From NCBI GenBank assembly GCA_964408285.1, contig CAYOYV010000012.1:16686-50868 (forward strand): a stretch of 34,183 nt of DNA, read 5' to 3'. A program made the translations under genes and the position numbers. This document shows, in pieces, positions 1 through 9,120 of the stretch (position 1 is the first letter of the stretch; every line of letters starts with the position of its first letter). The DNA is from an uncultured Nitrososphaerota archaeon. Its GTDB lineage: Archaea; Thermoproteota; EX4484-205; JAAOZO01. The notes under the pieces are model-generated. The model was not told the DNA's origin, made no database searches, and saw only the letters and a program-made list of their open reading frames with translations.

Positions 1-173
1 CGCCTTGCGAGTTCTATCGCGAAATGTCCATCGCCCGTTGCAAGATCAAGAATTCGGGTGCCTGACCTTATAGGCAAATCGGCTGCAATTCTATTGCGTA
101 GACCATTGAGTTTTGAGAAATATATCGGATAATCCCTGTCCGATATGTATGCCTCTTCCAACCCGCGTAGCAC
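1..173 (-). CDS. Class I SAM-dependent methyltransferase, 5' part (runs off the window start)
   Basis: Absent from the ORF track. Hand translation from GTG at 173 gives (M)LRGLEEAYISDRDYPIYFSKLNGLRNRIAADLPIRSGTRILDLATGDGHFAIELAR; ILDLATGDG is SAM-binding motif I. TATA-like CTTATAGA at 201-194. Confidence 0.85.
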   Translation of the reverse strand, partial: MLRGLEEAYISDRDYPIYFSKLNGLRNRIAADLPIRSGTRILDLATGDGHFAIELAR

Positions 174-447
174 CTAAGGATAGAAATCTGGAGTCTATAA
201 GAGTTGATTGCCCCCATGGCGAACGTTTCGCGAAGTTGGTCGAGGATTGAGGTCCTAATCCCATGAATAATATCCTCTTTGTGGCTCAATCAAAGAGTCG
301 CACCGCATTAGGAAGCACACTAGAAGGTTACGTAACAGCTAGGGGTCTCTATGTCAGAGGGAACATCGATCACAATTGACTCAGATTTTCCAGTTTCCTT
401 TAGAAAGGGTTTTATCTCCTAACCTTCGAACGAAACCACTTCGTGAG

Positions 448-1464
448 ATGGACCGGCGAGCGATTATGGTCGTCATTCCTTTCGGGCTCTTCTTTCTATT
501 GGCGTTGGTCTATTCACTGAGTCTAGCTAAGAAGAATGGGGACAAGGTCGGAACCGAATTGGCTGAGGTGCTCAATGATCTGAAATCAAAGGGCATCAAG
601 CCGGTCCAAAGGGGCAATGTCTCTCTCAGGGGAAAGGCAGCATGGATATATGGCTCCACATTGCGAGAAAAGGGATCTAGCTACATTGTTGAGGAATTCA
701 GGAAACTAGGAATGACTCACATATTCGTTTTGCTAAAGGGCACAAGCGGAACAGTCATCAAAGACACAATCATTGATCTGACCCCGAAAGCCCATGAGAA
801 AGGAATGTATGTTCACGCTTGGACTGCTTGTTTTGCTGATAGCGGATGGACTAAAGACAAGCCATCTCCTGAATCCTACGAATATAGGAAATATCTGCTT
901 CAAGTTATCTCGGATTTCTTAACGACCAATGCCTCGGGGCACTACATCGATGGAATACATTTGGATTACATCAGGTATGGGAGTAGCGCGCAGGATAAAT
1001 GGGGCCTTGTTTCCTCATTCGTCAAAGAGGTCAAGGAACTGGTCACGGCTGTTTCGCCAGGAGCAGTCTTGAGCATCGCGTCCAAAGCTGAGAACTATAT
1101 CTCCAAGATTGCGCTTTCCAATAGCGCTCTCTTCTACGGCCAAAACTATACAGACCTTGCGAAGTACGTGGACCTCTTCTGCCCCATGACCTACTACCTC
1201 GATTACGGGATTGCACCAGAAGACGTTGGAATGGCAAACAGATGGGTCAAAGAACTCACGAACAAGCCAGTCTTTGCAGGGATACAGCTACATCCCAGCG
1301 AGGCCTCGGCGACTCAGGGTAAAGACCCTTCAGTGCGCGAGATTGAACGGAATCTGAATTCTTGCTCCGAGAATGGAATAGATGGAGTGATATTCTACAG
1401 ATTCGAATTCATCATCCAGAATTCTGACATTGAAAGCACGATACTCGAACATCACAGCTTTTGA
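448..1464 (+). CDS. Membrane-anchored glycoside hydrolase-like protein (GHL10/DUF187 TIM barrel)
   Basis: N-terminal hydrophobic helix (AIMVVIPFGLFFLLALVYSL), then VHAW, DGIHLDYIRY and PMTY motifs typical of GHL10. ATG 448 preferred over TTG 376 because a BRE/TATA-like GAAAGGGTTTTATC lies at ~403-416. Confidence 0.75.
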   Translation: MDRRAIMVVIPFGLFFLLALVYSLSLAKKNGDKVGTELAEVLNDLKSKGIKPVQRGNVSLRGKAAWIYGSTLREKGSSYIVEEFRKLGMTHIFVLLKGTSGTVIKDTIIDLTPKAHEKGMYVHAWTACFADSGWTKDKPSPESYEYRKYLLQVISDFLTTNASGHYIDGIHLDYIRYGSSAQDKWGLVSSFVKEVKELVTAVSPGAVLSIASKAENYISKIALSNSALFYGQNYTDLAKYVDLFCPMTYYLDYGIAPEDVGMANRWVKELTNKPVFAGIQLHPSEASATQGKDPSVREIERNLNSCSENGIDGVIFYRFEFIIQNSDIESTILEHHSF

Positions 1465-1477
1465 GCCTCTTGGTTCC

Positions 1478-1491
1478 CGAAACCTTATAAA
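1478..1491 (+). promoter_or_regulatory. BRE/TATA promoter of rps7
   Basis: CGAAACCTTATAAA ends 30 nt before ATG 1521. Confidence 0.6.
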
Positions 1492-1520
1492 GAAGGCACC
1501 GCCGCGGAGGCAACGAGGCT

Positions 1521-2096
1521 ATGTCGGAAGAACCGCAAATCAAGTTGTTTGAGAAGTATAGTTCGAGTGATCTGAAGCCGCAGGATAAGACGCTGCAGAA
1601 TGCGATCTCTTTCAAACCTGCCCGCATTCCTCACTCTGGCGGGAGACACGCGCACCAGCGGTTCAAGAAGACTGCCGTGAATGTTGTGGAAAGGATGGCC
1701 AACGTGATCTCTTTGACGTCCAAGGCCGGTGGTAAGAAAGCAAAGGCACTGAAGGCCGTCGAGAGTGCCCTTGACATAGTGCATTTGAAAAAAGGGAAGA
1801 ATCCTTTGGAGGTGCTGCTTGCCGCAATAGAGAATAGCGCGCCGAGGGAAGATACCACAAGAATAAGCTACGGTGGAATTCTGTATTATCAAGCCGTCGA
1901 CATATCTCCAGTAAGAAGAGTTGATCTTGCCATCAGAAACATTATCTTAGGAGCGAGAAGGGGTTCGTTCAAGAATCCAAAGCCATTCCATGAAGCGTTG
2001 GCCGGTGAAATCATCAATGCAGCTGACGGAGATTCGAAGTGCTTCTCCATAGCTAGGAAAGATGAATTGGAGAAACACGCAGTGGCCTCAAGGTAG
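1521..2096 (+). CDS. rps7: 30S ribosomal protein S7 (uS7), archaeal type
   Basis: PHSGGRH, GGKK, NPLEVL..AIENSAPREDTTRISYGG, AVDISP.RRVDLA, KDELEK.A.ASR. Confidence 0.97.
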   Translation: MSEEPQIKLFEKYSSSDLKPQDKTLQNAISFKPARIPHSGGRHAHQRFKKTAVNVVERMANVISLTSKAGGKKAKALKAVESALDIVHLKKGKNPLEVLLAAIENSAPREDTTRISYGGILYYQAVDISPVRRVDLAIRNIILGARRGSFKNPKPFHEALAGEIINAADGDSKCFSIARKDELEKHAVASR

Positions 2097-2245
2097 GAAA
2101 GCAATCAAATTCAGGTTTGAGATAATCCGCTGAGACTACCTGGTTGTATTGTCGAATGATTTGCAGTGATGGAAACGAAATTTAGAGGGAATATCCTAAG
2201 CCAACTAGCATGGCCTTGAAACAGGAGGAAGGAGATAAATACGAA

Positions 2246-2257
2246 GAAAACTTTATT
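2246..2257 (+). promoter_or_regulatory. BRE/TATA promoter of deoxyhypusine synthase
   Basis: GAAAACTTTATT about 20-25 nt before TTG 2276. Confidence 0.5.
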
Positions 2258-2275
2258 CAGGGCAGGAGACGATAG

Positions 2276-3340
2276 TTGGACAGAGAGACTAAGAAGGAGC
2301 TTTTCAACAATCCGACTGTTCCCATCGAGATAAAGAAAAACGCGGTGGTATCATCTATGTTACGTGACATGTGCTCGGTGGGATTTCAAGCTCGAGCTCT
2401 TGGCAACGTTTACCGAGTCTGGCGTGAGATGCTGACGGAGAAGAAGATTGTCATAATGATGGGTCTGGCAGGCGCAATGGTTCCCGCTGGAATGAGAAAG
2501 GTGATTTCGTACTTGATAAGACACCGTTACATAGACGTGTTAGTTTCAACTGGGGCGAACCTCTACCACGATCTGAACGAAGCTGTGGGATTCCATCACT
2601 ACCTCGGAACCGACGACGTTGATGACTCTGGATTGCGGAAAATAACGGTGGACAGAATATATGACTTATTGGCGGATGAGGACGAATACAACATGACTGA
2701 TGACTGGATCGACAGGATATTCACCAAGAGATTGGAAGATGACAGACCTTATTCTTCAAGGGAAGTCCTTCATGAGATGGGAAAGTTCCTTCTCGACAAC
2801 AGAATCAAGAACGAATCAATATTGATTTCCGCTTATGAGGGCAATGTCCCATTGTTCTGCCCGGCCCTCGGTGACAGCGCCATTGGTTTTTCGATAATGA
2901 CTGCGAACGCCACGAGCAAGAGGAGAATAGTGGTCGATATGATGAAAGACGCCTTCGAGAGCATGATGCTTGTGGTAAGATCCCCGAGAACAGGGGTCGC
3001 CTACATTGGCGGAGGAGTGCCGAAGAATTACATACAGCAGGCTGCGGTGTTGGCTAATTGGCTCACGAAGGAGGACAGATCACACGAATATGCCATTCAG
3101 ATAACCACAGATGCCCCCCATTGGGGCGGCTTGAGCGGAGCCACCTTTGAGGAAGCAAAGAGCTGGGGCAAAATCCGCTCCTACGGCAAGACAGCCACCG
3201 TTTACGTCGATGCCACAATAGGTCTTTACCTGGTTGCCCAAGGCCTAGCGGAGGAGCTCTCAGGAAAGCACAGGGAGGTGCCGCTTTTCCAATTCGATGG
3301 CGACGATGTCAACCTCCGGTTCGAAGAGAGAGTGCTATGA
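2276..3340 (+). CDS. dys: Deoxyhypusine synthase
   Basis: GFQA, GLAGAMVPAGMR, VSTGANLYHD, GGGVPKNY, GGLSGATFEEAKSWGK (catalytic Lys present), VDAT. Confidence 0.95.
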   Translation: MDRETKKELFNNPTVPIEIKKNAVVSSMLRDMCSVGFQARALGNVYRVWREMLTEKKIVIMMGLAGAMVPAGMRKVISYLIRHRYIDVLVSTGANLYHDLNEAVGFHHYLGTDDVDDSGLRKITVDRIYDLLADEDEYNMTDDWIDRIFTKRLEDDRPYSSREVLHEMGKFLLDNRIKNESILISAYEGNVPLFCPALGDSAIGFSIMTANATSKRRIVVDMMKDAFESMMLVVRSPRTGVAYIGGGVPKNYIQQAAVLANWLTKEDRSHEYAIQITTDAPHWGGLSGATFEEAKSWGKIRSYGKTATVYVDATIGLYLVAQGLAEELSGKHREVPLFQFDGDDVNLRFEERVL

Positions 3341-3402
3341 TTCAAACCTGCGATTTTCGTTCAACTTAGAGCTTCGAGACGGGGAAGATATTTCCAGATA
3401 GA

Positions 3403-4140
3403 CTATGCCAAACCGAAGAATCGGTGATAAAGGATGGCAGCTGCAGAGATGCCGAAGAGGGCGGCACCCACATAATCTAATCCAGTCAGTCTTGACCGTT
3501 TCCAATGGCTCCTTCGGGGCAGCGCTCCATAGCAACGCAACTCAAGGGCGTCAGCAATTTCATACGTTCGCCTTATTATTTCAATGAAAAGAGGAACTAG
3601 GATCGGCAGGAAAGCTCGCAATCTTGAAGTGAAGCCACCTTTATCCAGCTTAAGGCCTCTAGCCCTTTGAGCGTCGAATATTGATTGGAATTCATCTGCT
3701 ATCACTGGTATGAATCTCATCGAGAGGGTGAAGGACAGCGCCACATCTGCAGGAAAACCTGATTCTTCAAGGGTCCTGCCCATATCCTCCGGGGAAGTGG
3801 TGAAGAAGAACCACGAAGTTGCAGACGCTATTACGATGAACCTTATGGCAAAATATACCGATTGAAGAACGTCTCCAGTTGTCAGGTATTGGCTAGCCAT
3901 TATCAGTATGACGAAAAAGACAAGAGATCTAAGGGACCTAATCCACAGGAACAGTGACTTGCCTGCATACAGGATCGCCAACTGAATCGCCAGTAGAAAT
4001 GCGATCTCTATTGGGTCAAACGTCGTTATAGCCAATATGGTGAAACAAGCGGAAACGCACAACTTGAGCTTGGGGTCTAGTGCATGGATCACAGTATTCA
4101 GTTTCGAGAACCTATATGCTCTCAGAAAAGCAACCGACAA
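3403..4140 (-). CDS. ecfT: ECF transporter transmembrane component EcfT
   Basis: IHALDP.LK, several TM helices, FFFTTSPE, RFIP, DAQRARG and ALELRCY (the two X-R-X motifs). TTG start abuts the upstream stop. Confidence 0.92.
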   Translation of the reverse strand: MSVAFLRAYRFSKLNTVIHALDPKLKLCVSACFTILAITTFDPIEIAFLLAIQLAILYAGKSLFLWIRSLRSLVFFVILIMASQYLTTGDVLQSVYFAIRFIVIASATSWFFFTTSPEDMGRTLEESGFPADVALSFTLSMRFIPVIADEFQSIFDAQRARGLKLDKGGFTSRLRAFLPILVPLFIEIIRRTYEIADALELRCYGALPRRSHWKRSRLTGLDYVGAALFGISAAAILYHRFFGLA

Positions 4141-4956
4141 CTAGACGGCCTCCCTCACATGTTTCGTAAATCGTTCCAGCAGCTCTTCATTGGGAGCTTC
4201 CTCTTGACTGAGAAGGTCACCAACTAGTGAGGCGAGAAAAGTCTGAACTAGATTCGCCTTAGCAAAGGTGTCAGGCGATCGGAGCAACGAAAACATGGGG
4301 CCATTCCAAAGTATCTTCCCCTGTGACATGAGAACCGCTACTCTCGAAGCATGGATGGCGAAATCAACGTCATGTGTCACTATGACGACTGTTCTCTTTT
4401 TGTTAACGAAGTTCCTGAGCGTCGATATCAGATATTTTCTATATTGGTAATCTAGTCCAATCGTAGGTTCATCTATGACTATCATCTGAGGTTCCCAAAC
4501 CAAGACTGAAGCGATGGAAAGACGCCTTTTTTCCCCGCCGCTCAAATCGAACGGGTTCTTCTTCAAGTATTGAGTAAGTCCGAATTGCTCGGCCACTCGG
4601 AGGATCTTTTCGTTCGTATCCTGCTGCGAGAATCCCATGTTCTTCGGACCAAAAGCCAACTCCTCTTCAACTGTCTCGGAGAAGAATTGTTTCTCTGGAT
4701 TCTGAAAGATTACGCCGACCTCTCTAGAAATATCTGAAACGCTCGATTTTTTCGTATCGCGACCATCTACCAGCACGGACCCTTTGATGGGCAATAGGAG
4801 GCCATTGAAAAGCTTCACAAGTGTGGTTTTTCCTGCTCCGTTGGCCCCCAGAATGACCATCGACGTTCCTTCCGGGATTGCCAGCGAAACACCGGAGATA
4901 ACCTCCGGGCCACCATCATAAGAGAAAGACACATCCTGGATCTCTACTTTGACCAT
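4141..4956 (-). CDS. ecfA2: ECF transporter ATPase EcfA'
   Basis: Walker A GANGAGKTT, FQNPEKQFF, LSGGEKRR, IDEPT, VTHD. Confidence 0.92.
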   Translation of the reverse strand: MVKVEIQDVSFSYDGGPEVISGVSLAIPEGTSMVILGANGAGKTTLVKLFNGLLLPIKGSVLVDGRDTKKSSVSDISREVGVIFQNPEKQFFSETVEEELAFGPKNMGFSQQDTNEKILRVAEQFGLTQYLKKNPFDLSGGEKRRLSIASVLVWEPQMIVIDEPTIGLDYQYRKYLISTLRNFVNKKRTVVIVTHDVDFAIHASRVAVLMSQGKILWNGPMFSLLRSPDTFAKANLVQTFLASLVGDLLSQEEAPNEELLERFTKHVREAV

Positions 4957-4966
4957 TTCGGTCCGC

Positions 4967-5827
4967 CTATGTCTTGTATTCCTCAGAAACGGACTTCACA
5001 TACGGCAGTGGATCCTGAATCGGCTCTGGAAAACGCTGATCCAGCTTTTTCGCATATCTCCTCCAGAACAAAAAGGATAAGGGGAAGTTCAGCTGTAATC
5101 CAATGGCTTCACACATCTCAAACGCGCGAACAGGTGGCGCATCAACCACAATTTCTCCCTCTTTCATAACTATTGCCCTTGTGGCCAACTTGTAGAATAG
5201 CTCCAACCTCTGTTCTATGAGAATTATCGTCATGGAGAGTTCGACGCGCATTCTGTTCAAGAACTTCGCAAAGTCATGAGCGGTTAGAGGATCCATGGAG
5301 GATGTCGGCTCATCCAAAATCAGCACCTTCGGTTTCATTGCCAAAGCCCCTGCTATCGCTGCTCTTTGCTGTAGGCCCCCGGAGAGTTCGAAAGGAGGCC
5401 TGAATCTTTCGCTTTCCAGCTTTGTGACGTTCAAGCTCCATGAGACGACTTCTCCGATTTCATTGGGTCGCAAACCCAGATTCTCTGGGCCAAACGCGAT
5501 ATCATCCTCGAGGGTAAGAGCAAACAGCTGATTCTCTGGGTTCTGCAAAACCAGACCAACGTCCTGAGCGATTTCATGGACTTTACTCGTGGCAACATTC
5601 CTTCCAAATACGCTTACGGTCCCAGAAAGCTCACCAGGATAGCTGTGTGGTATGAGGCCAGTGAGGAGTCTTGCCAGAGTGGATTTGCCGCCTCCTGAAG
5701 GACCTGTCACCAAGATGAATTCCCCAACATGGGCCTCGAAGCCCGCTACGTTCAGTGATGGTCTATCGTTTCCTCTGTAAGTGAATCGCACATCACTTAA
5801 GGAGATCACGGGACCTTGGGCTTGCAT
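4967..5827 (-). CDS. ecfA1: ECF transporter ATPase EcfA
   Basis: Walker A GPSGGGKST, LQNPENQLF, AFGPEN, LSGGLQQR, LDEPT; the switch position reads IEQR. Confidence 0.92.
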   Translation of the reverse strand: MQAQGPVISLSDVRFTYRGNDRPSLNVAGFEAHVGEFILVTGPSGGGKSTLARLLTGLIPHSYPGELSGTVSVFGRNVATSKVHEIAQDVGLVLQNPENQLFALTLEDDIAFGPENLGLRPNEIGEVVSWSLNVTKLESERFRPPFELSGGLQQRAAIAGALAMKPKVLILDEPTSSMDPLTAHDFAKFLNRMRVELSMTIILIEQRLELFYKLATRAIVMKEGEIVVDAPPVRAFEMCEAIGLQLNFPLSFLFWRRYAKKLDQRFPEPIQDPLPYVKSVSEEYKT

Positions 5828-5828
5828 T

Positions 5829-6872
5829 CTAAGCCTTCACTCCATCGGGCGCTATTCCTTTCTCTTTTAAATATCTAATCACGAACTGCTGGACGGACTC
5901 CTTGATTTGGGAGGCCCCCTTTGCGACAGTGAAGGCAGCTGCCCTCCTATGGCCTCCGCCGTATCCACCTAGAGCACTAGAGAGATCTACGCTCATTTGG
6001 CCAAGCGATATTCCAGTTCTTTCGTGGAATTCCTCTGACGATCTTAGGCTCACCTTAGTGCTATTCTCGTCCTCTGCGAACACTATTGCCAAGTCTGCAC
6101 CCAGCGCAACCAAAGAACTCGCTGAGGACGAATTGAAGGAACCTATTTCAGAGTATACAACGACTAATTCTGGAGATTTCTGAATGAAACATCTCTGAGC
6201 AGCCTTTATTCTCGCTATCCTTTCGTCTCTGGCCATCTTTCTTGAAACCAAGTTCCAAGCTGCGCCTATGTCCCCCCCTTGTGCCAACAGTCTGCAGAGA
6301 TTCCGAATCGTTTCGCCAGTAGCGCCTCTTAGACCAGAGGAATCAGAGAGCAGACCGGCCGTGAGAGAGATCGCAATGCTCGAATCCATAGGAAGACCAA
6401 GCACATCATACAGCTTGAGGACAACCTCAGATGTTGAGGTCGCGTCCGCTGTTATCTTTGCGTGGTAGGAATAAGGCATGAAACTGGGGTGATGATCGAC
6501 TAGGACCTTCGTGCCCGTCAGAGAATCCCAGAAATCAGTAGGGAAGCCAGTTGTCTCTATGCCCCCAACATCGACAAAAAAGAGCCAATTCGAATCAATA
6601 AGGTAGCTTTTGTCAATGCTCAGAGGAGGATTCAGAAACTCGAATAATAGCTTTGACTTCAGAGGAATTCCTCCTTGTGAGAATATGGAAACCTGCGAGT
6701 TCTCGGACATCCTAAGAATGGCTTCCCTGAGCCCAGCGGCAGAGGCCAACGCATCAATGTCTGGGCGTCTATGGGTGACTACCGAGATTTTCTTGGGTCT
6801 TTGTATTCGAAATGTCTCAGATAATTCTTTGATTGTTCTTTCTAGGTTGTGTTCCTCGGCTTTCCCATTCAT
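5829..6872 (-). CDS. DHH family phosphoesterase with DHHA1 domain
   Basis: THRRPDIDA, FVD, VDHH, LSDS, SLRS and GGGHRRAAA motifs; 4-nt ATGA overlap with pfdB. Confidence 0.93.
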   Translation of the reverse strand: MNGKAEEHNLERTIKELSETFRIQRPKKISVVTHRRPDIDALASAAGLREAILRMSENSQVSIFSQGGIPLKSKLLFEFLNPPLSIDKSYLIDSNWLFFVDVGGIETTGFPTDFWDSLTGTKVLVDHHPSFMPYSYHAKITADATSTSEVVLKLYDVLGLPMDSSIAISLTAGLLSDSSGLRGATGETIRNLCRLLAQGGDIGAAWNLVSRKMARDERIARIKAAQRCFIQKSPELVVVYSEIGSFNSSSASSLVALGADLAIVFAEDENSTKVSLRSSEEFHERTGISLGQMSVDLSSALGGYGGGHRRAAAFTVAKGASQIKESVQQFVIRYLKEKGIAPDGVKA

Positions 6873-7210
6873 TGACCACTCAATGAACCCCTAACTGATT
6901 CTCCCAATTCCTGTATTTTCTCTTTGAGCTTCTGTTCTTGTTTCTGAAGGGCGGAAGACCTAAGCTTCAGCAATTCCAGTCTTTCCTGAAGTTCCAAGAG
7001 CATCTTCTCTCTGTCCTTCTTTATGAGTATCTTGCCGAGGAATTGATATACCTGCTCGGTGGCGTTCTCCTTCAAGGCTTCGATGGCTCTCTCTGTCTCG
7101 GCGAGTTCTTCCTCGATTCTCTGTTTCTGTACAGTAGTACTCTCAAAGGCTGATTGAAGGGCCTCCAATTTCTCTAATTTCTCCCTTATTTCTGGGCCTG
7201 GAGACTCCAT
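6869..7210 (-). CDS. pfdB: Prefoldin beta subunit
   Basis: Coiled coil - VYQFLGKILIK hairpin - coiled coil; expected position in the superoperon; SD GGGGTGA upstream. Confidence 0.93.
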   Translation of the reverse strand: MESPGPEIREKLEKLEALQSAFESTTVQKQRIEEELAETERAIEALKENATEQVYQFLGKILIKKDREKMLLELQERLELLKLRSSALQKQEQKLKEKIQELGESVRGSLSGQ

Positions 7211-7233
7211 GTTTCACCCCCGATGTTGTCTTG

Positions 7234-7245
7234 CTTAAAAAGATT
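7234..7245 (-). promoter_or_regulatory. Putative internal TATA box for pfdB-DHH-ecfAA'T
   Basis: TTTTTAAG on the minus strand (7241-7234), about 25 nt before the pfdB ATG. Confidence 0.45.
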
Positions 7246-7303
7246 GGCTGAGGTTTGATGTATCTTCTGGCTTCAATTCTCCGACTTAGCTTAGGTTCCC
7301 TTG

Positions 7304-7552
7304 CTAAGTTTTTATGCCAGATATCCTTATCGCGGCCTGTCCTGATTTGCTGTATGGTTCGTAAGCTCCACCCGCGAACGTGAATCCGCAGCGGCGACAC
7401 ACCCAGACGCCTGCGCTCAGACGCTTCAGCTTGCCGAGGTAGCATCTCTGACAGTTATATTTCGCACGCCTCTTGGTCATGAGCTCCGCATATCGCTTCC
7501 TGACAGTGAAGCCATACTTCACACCCAATGTGCCGGAAATCTTCTTGGGCAT
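7304..7552 (-). CDS. rpl37ae: 50S ribosomal protein L37Ae (eL43)
   Basis: KYG..VRKR, CQRC...GVWVCRRCG.TFAGGAY. Confidence 0.96.
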   Translation of the reverse strand: MPKKISGTLGVKYGFTVRKRYAELMTKRRAKYNCQRCYLGKLKRLSAGVWVCRRCGFTFAGGAYEPYSKSGQAAIRISGIKT

Positions 7553-8368
7553 CTATCCGTATGTCCACCCCATTATCTTGCCTATCTCCTTGGCTTTCTT
7601 CCATCCCTGCTCCATCATCTCCAAAACTTGAGAAGGAGAAACATAACCACGCCCATTTTTCATGACGGCGCAGACATTCCCGTCCTTCGTGAAAGTGAAG
7701 GATAGGAATCCTTCGGATGCCTGTTCCTCATCCAAATTCGCATCGTTGAAGTATTTCGATCCGATCATTCCGAATGTTACCGAAACGGCATGGTTCTTCA
7801 GGGGAAGCGGAACTCTGTCTTCGGTTTTCCTTGGTGCATCTCCGGTCACTTCGTGTCTGTTCATAATAGTATTCTCTAATGCCTTCACAGCTGCCAGCAC
7901 CGACGCATCGATGAGATTGCCGCCGTAATCCAAGACATAGATGTCGATGTAGACCACATATACGAGCTTCCCGGGAACAAGGACAAGGGACTCCAAGTCT
8001 ATCATTTTTGATTCCCTTACGCTCCTATCCACATATCTTGCTAGTGCTATGCTGCTTTCGTCTGGGGGACCGGGCTCAAACGAGGGGGATGCCAGAGGCA
8101 ACAATTCCGCATTGACGGTCAGGACACCCTGATTCGGCGTATCGGGGAATGGATCGCCAAGCTCTACCTTTATCCCAGCCAAAACCATGGTGCCACCCAG
8201 TGATACTAGAGCAGATCCCTCAGCCTTCTCTATTGTACCAACGCTGAACGTTATCTTCCTGTATTCATCAAGTGATCTACCGTCAAGTCTCTTATTCTGA
8301 CTCAGCAACGCCATCATCTCTTTCTGCAAGACGCTGGATATGACCGGTTTCTCTTTCGTCACTGACAT
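7553..8368 (-). CDS. rrp42: Exosome complex component Rrp42
   Basis: RLDGR..DEYR, AEGSA.V.LG, PFPDTPNQG, FEPGPPDE, LDYGGNLIDA. Confidence 0.97.
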   Translation of the reverse strand: MSVTKEKPVISSVLQKEMMALLSQNKRLDGRSLDEYRKITFSVGTIEKAEGSALVSLGGTMVLAGIKVELGDPFPDTPNQGVLTVNAELLPLASPSFEPGPPDESSIALARYVDRSVRESKMIDLESLVLVPGKLVYVVYIDIYVLDYGGNLIDASVLAAVKALENTIMNRHEVTGDAPRKTEDRVPLPLKNHAVSVTFGMIGSKYFNDANLDEEQASEGFLSFTFTKDGNVCAVMKNGRGYVSPSQVLEMMEQGWKKAKEIGKIMGWTYG

Positions 8369-8370
8369 CT

Positions 8371-9114
8371 CTATTGCTCCTCCGTGGGTTCCGCCTCAAC
8401 TTGCCCGTACTTGGATTTCAGGGCATTCACCTGAATCTGATAGATCTTCATGCAACTGTTTATGGCCATGGATAGGCCCTGCCTAAACTCGTCCCTCGTC
8501 ATTATCCCATCCATCTGGAGCAATGAGATCTTGTTCAAGGTGGGTATGAATGCAATTGGCACGTCGGATTCGCCTTCTTTGTCCTCTGTGTCGTTCAAGT
8601 CAACAACCACCTTTCCACCAACCTTGCCAGTAGCGCATCCGGCTACTAATCCTCTCATAGGTATCCCTGCATCTGCCAACGCCAGTGTTGCTGCTGTTAT
8701 ACCGGCAACGCGGGTTCCGCCATCTGCCTGCAATACCTCTATGAATATGTCTATTACAGTCCTTGGAAACAACTCAGTCATAATCACAGGCTCTAAAGCG
8801 TTCCTTATGACCATGGATAGCTCTATTTCCCTCCTAGATGGAGCAGGAGATTTTCTTTCTTCTGTTGAGAACGGAGCCATATGATATCTGACTCTGAGAA
8901 TGGCCCTATCTGGGAGTTCTATGTGTTTTGGGTGAACCTCCGAAGGGCCGAAAACGGCTGAGATTATCTTGCACTTCCCCTGTTCATAAAGAACCGAGCC
9001 ATCAGCGTGACTTAGGTATCCAAGAGTGATCGATATGGGGCGCAGCTCATCAATAGTTCTTCCATCAGTCCTCAGTCCCTGCTCATCTATCAATGGTTTC
9101 TTGGATTGGGTCAT
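8371..9114 (-). CDS. rrp41: Exosome complex exonuclease Rrp41
   Basis: RTDGR..DELRP, YHMAPFSTEERK, PSRREIE, QADGGTR, DLND.ED..G.SD, LQMDG. Confidence 0.97.
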   Translation of the reverse strand: MTQSKKPLIDEQGLRTDGRTIDELRPISITLGYLSHADGSVLYEQGKCKIISAVFGPSEVHPKHIELPDRAILRVRYHMAPFSTEERKSPAPSRREIELSMVIRNALEPVIMTELFPRTVIDIFIEVLQADGGTRVAGITAATLALADAGIPMRGLVAGCATGKVGGKVVVDLNDTEDKEGESDVPIAFIPTLNKISLLQMDGIMTRDEFRQGLSMAINSCMKIYQIQVNALKSKYGQVEAEPTEEQ

Positions 9115-9120
9115 GATGAG

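Noticed and set aside
174-200. In-frame TAG before the methyltransferase GTG (pyrrolysine read-through)
   Set aside because: Another stop lies six codons upstream with no start codon between, and a TATA box explains the GTG start.
7143-7445. 100-aa ORF as a possible RpoP/Pcc1 between rpl37ae and pfdB
   Set aside because: Overlaps both genes in another frame and lacks the motifs; the true gap is only 93 nt.
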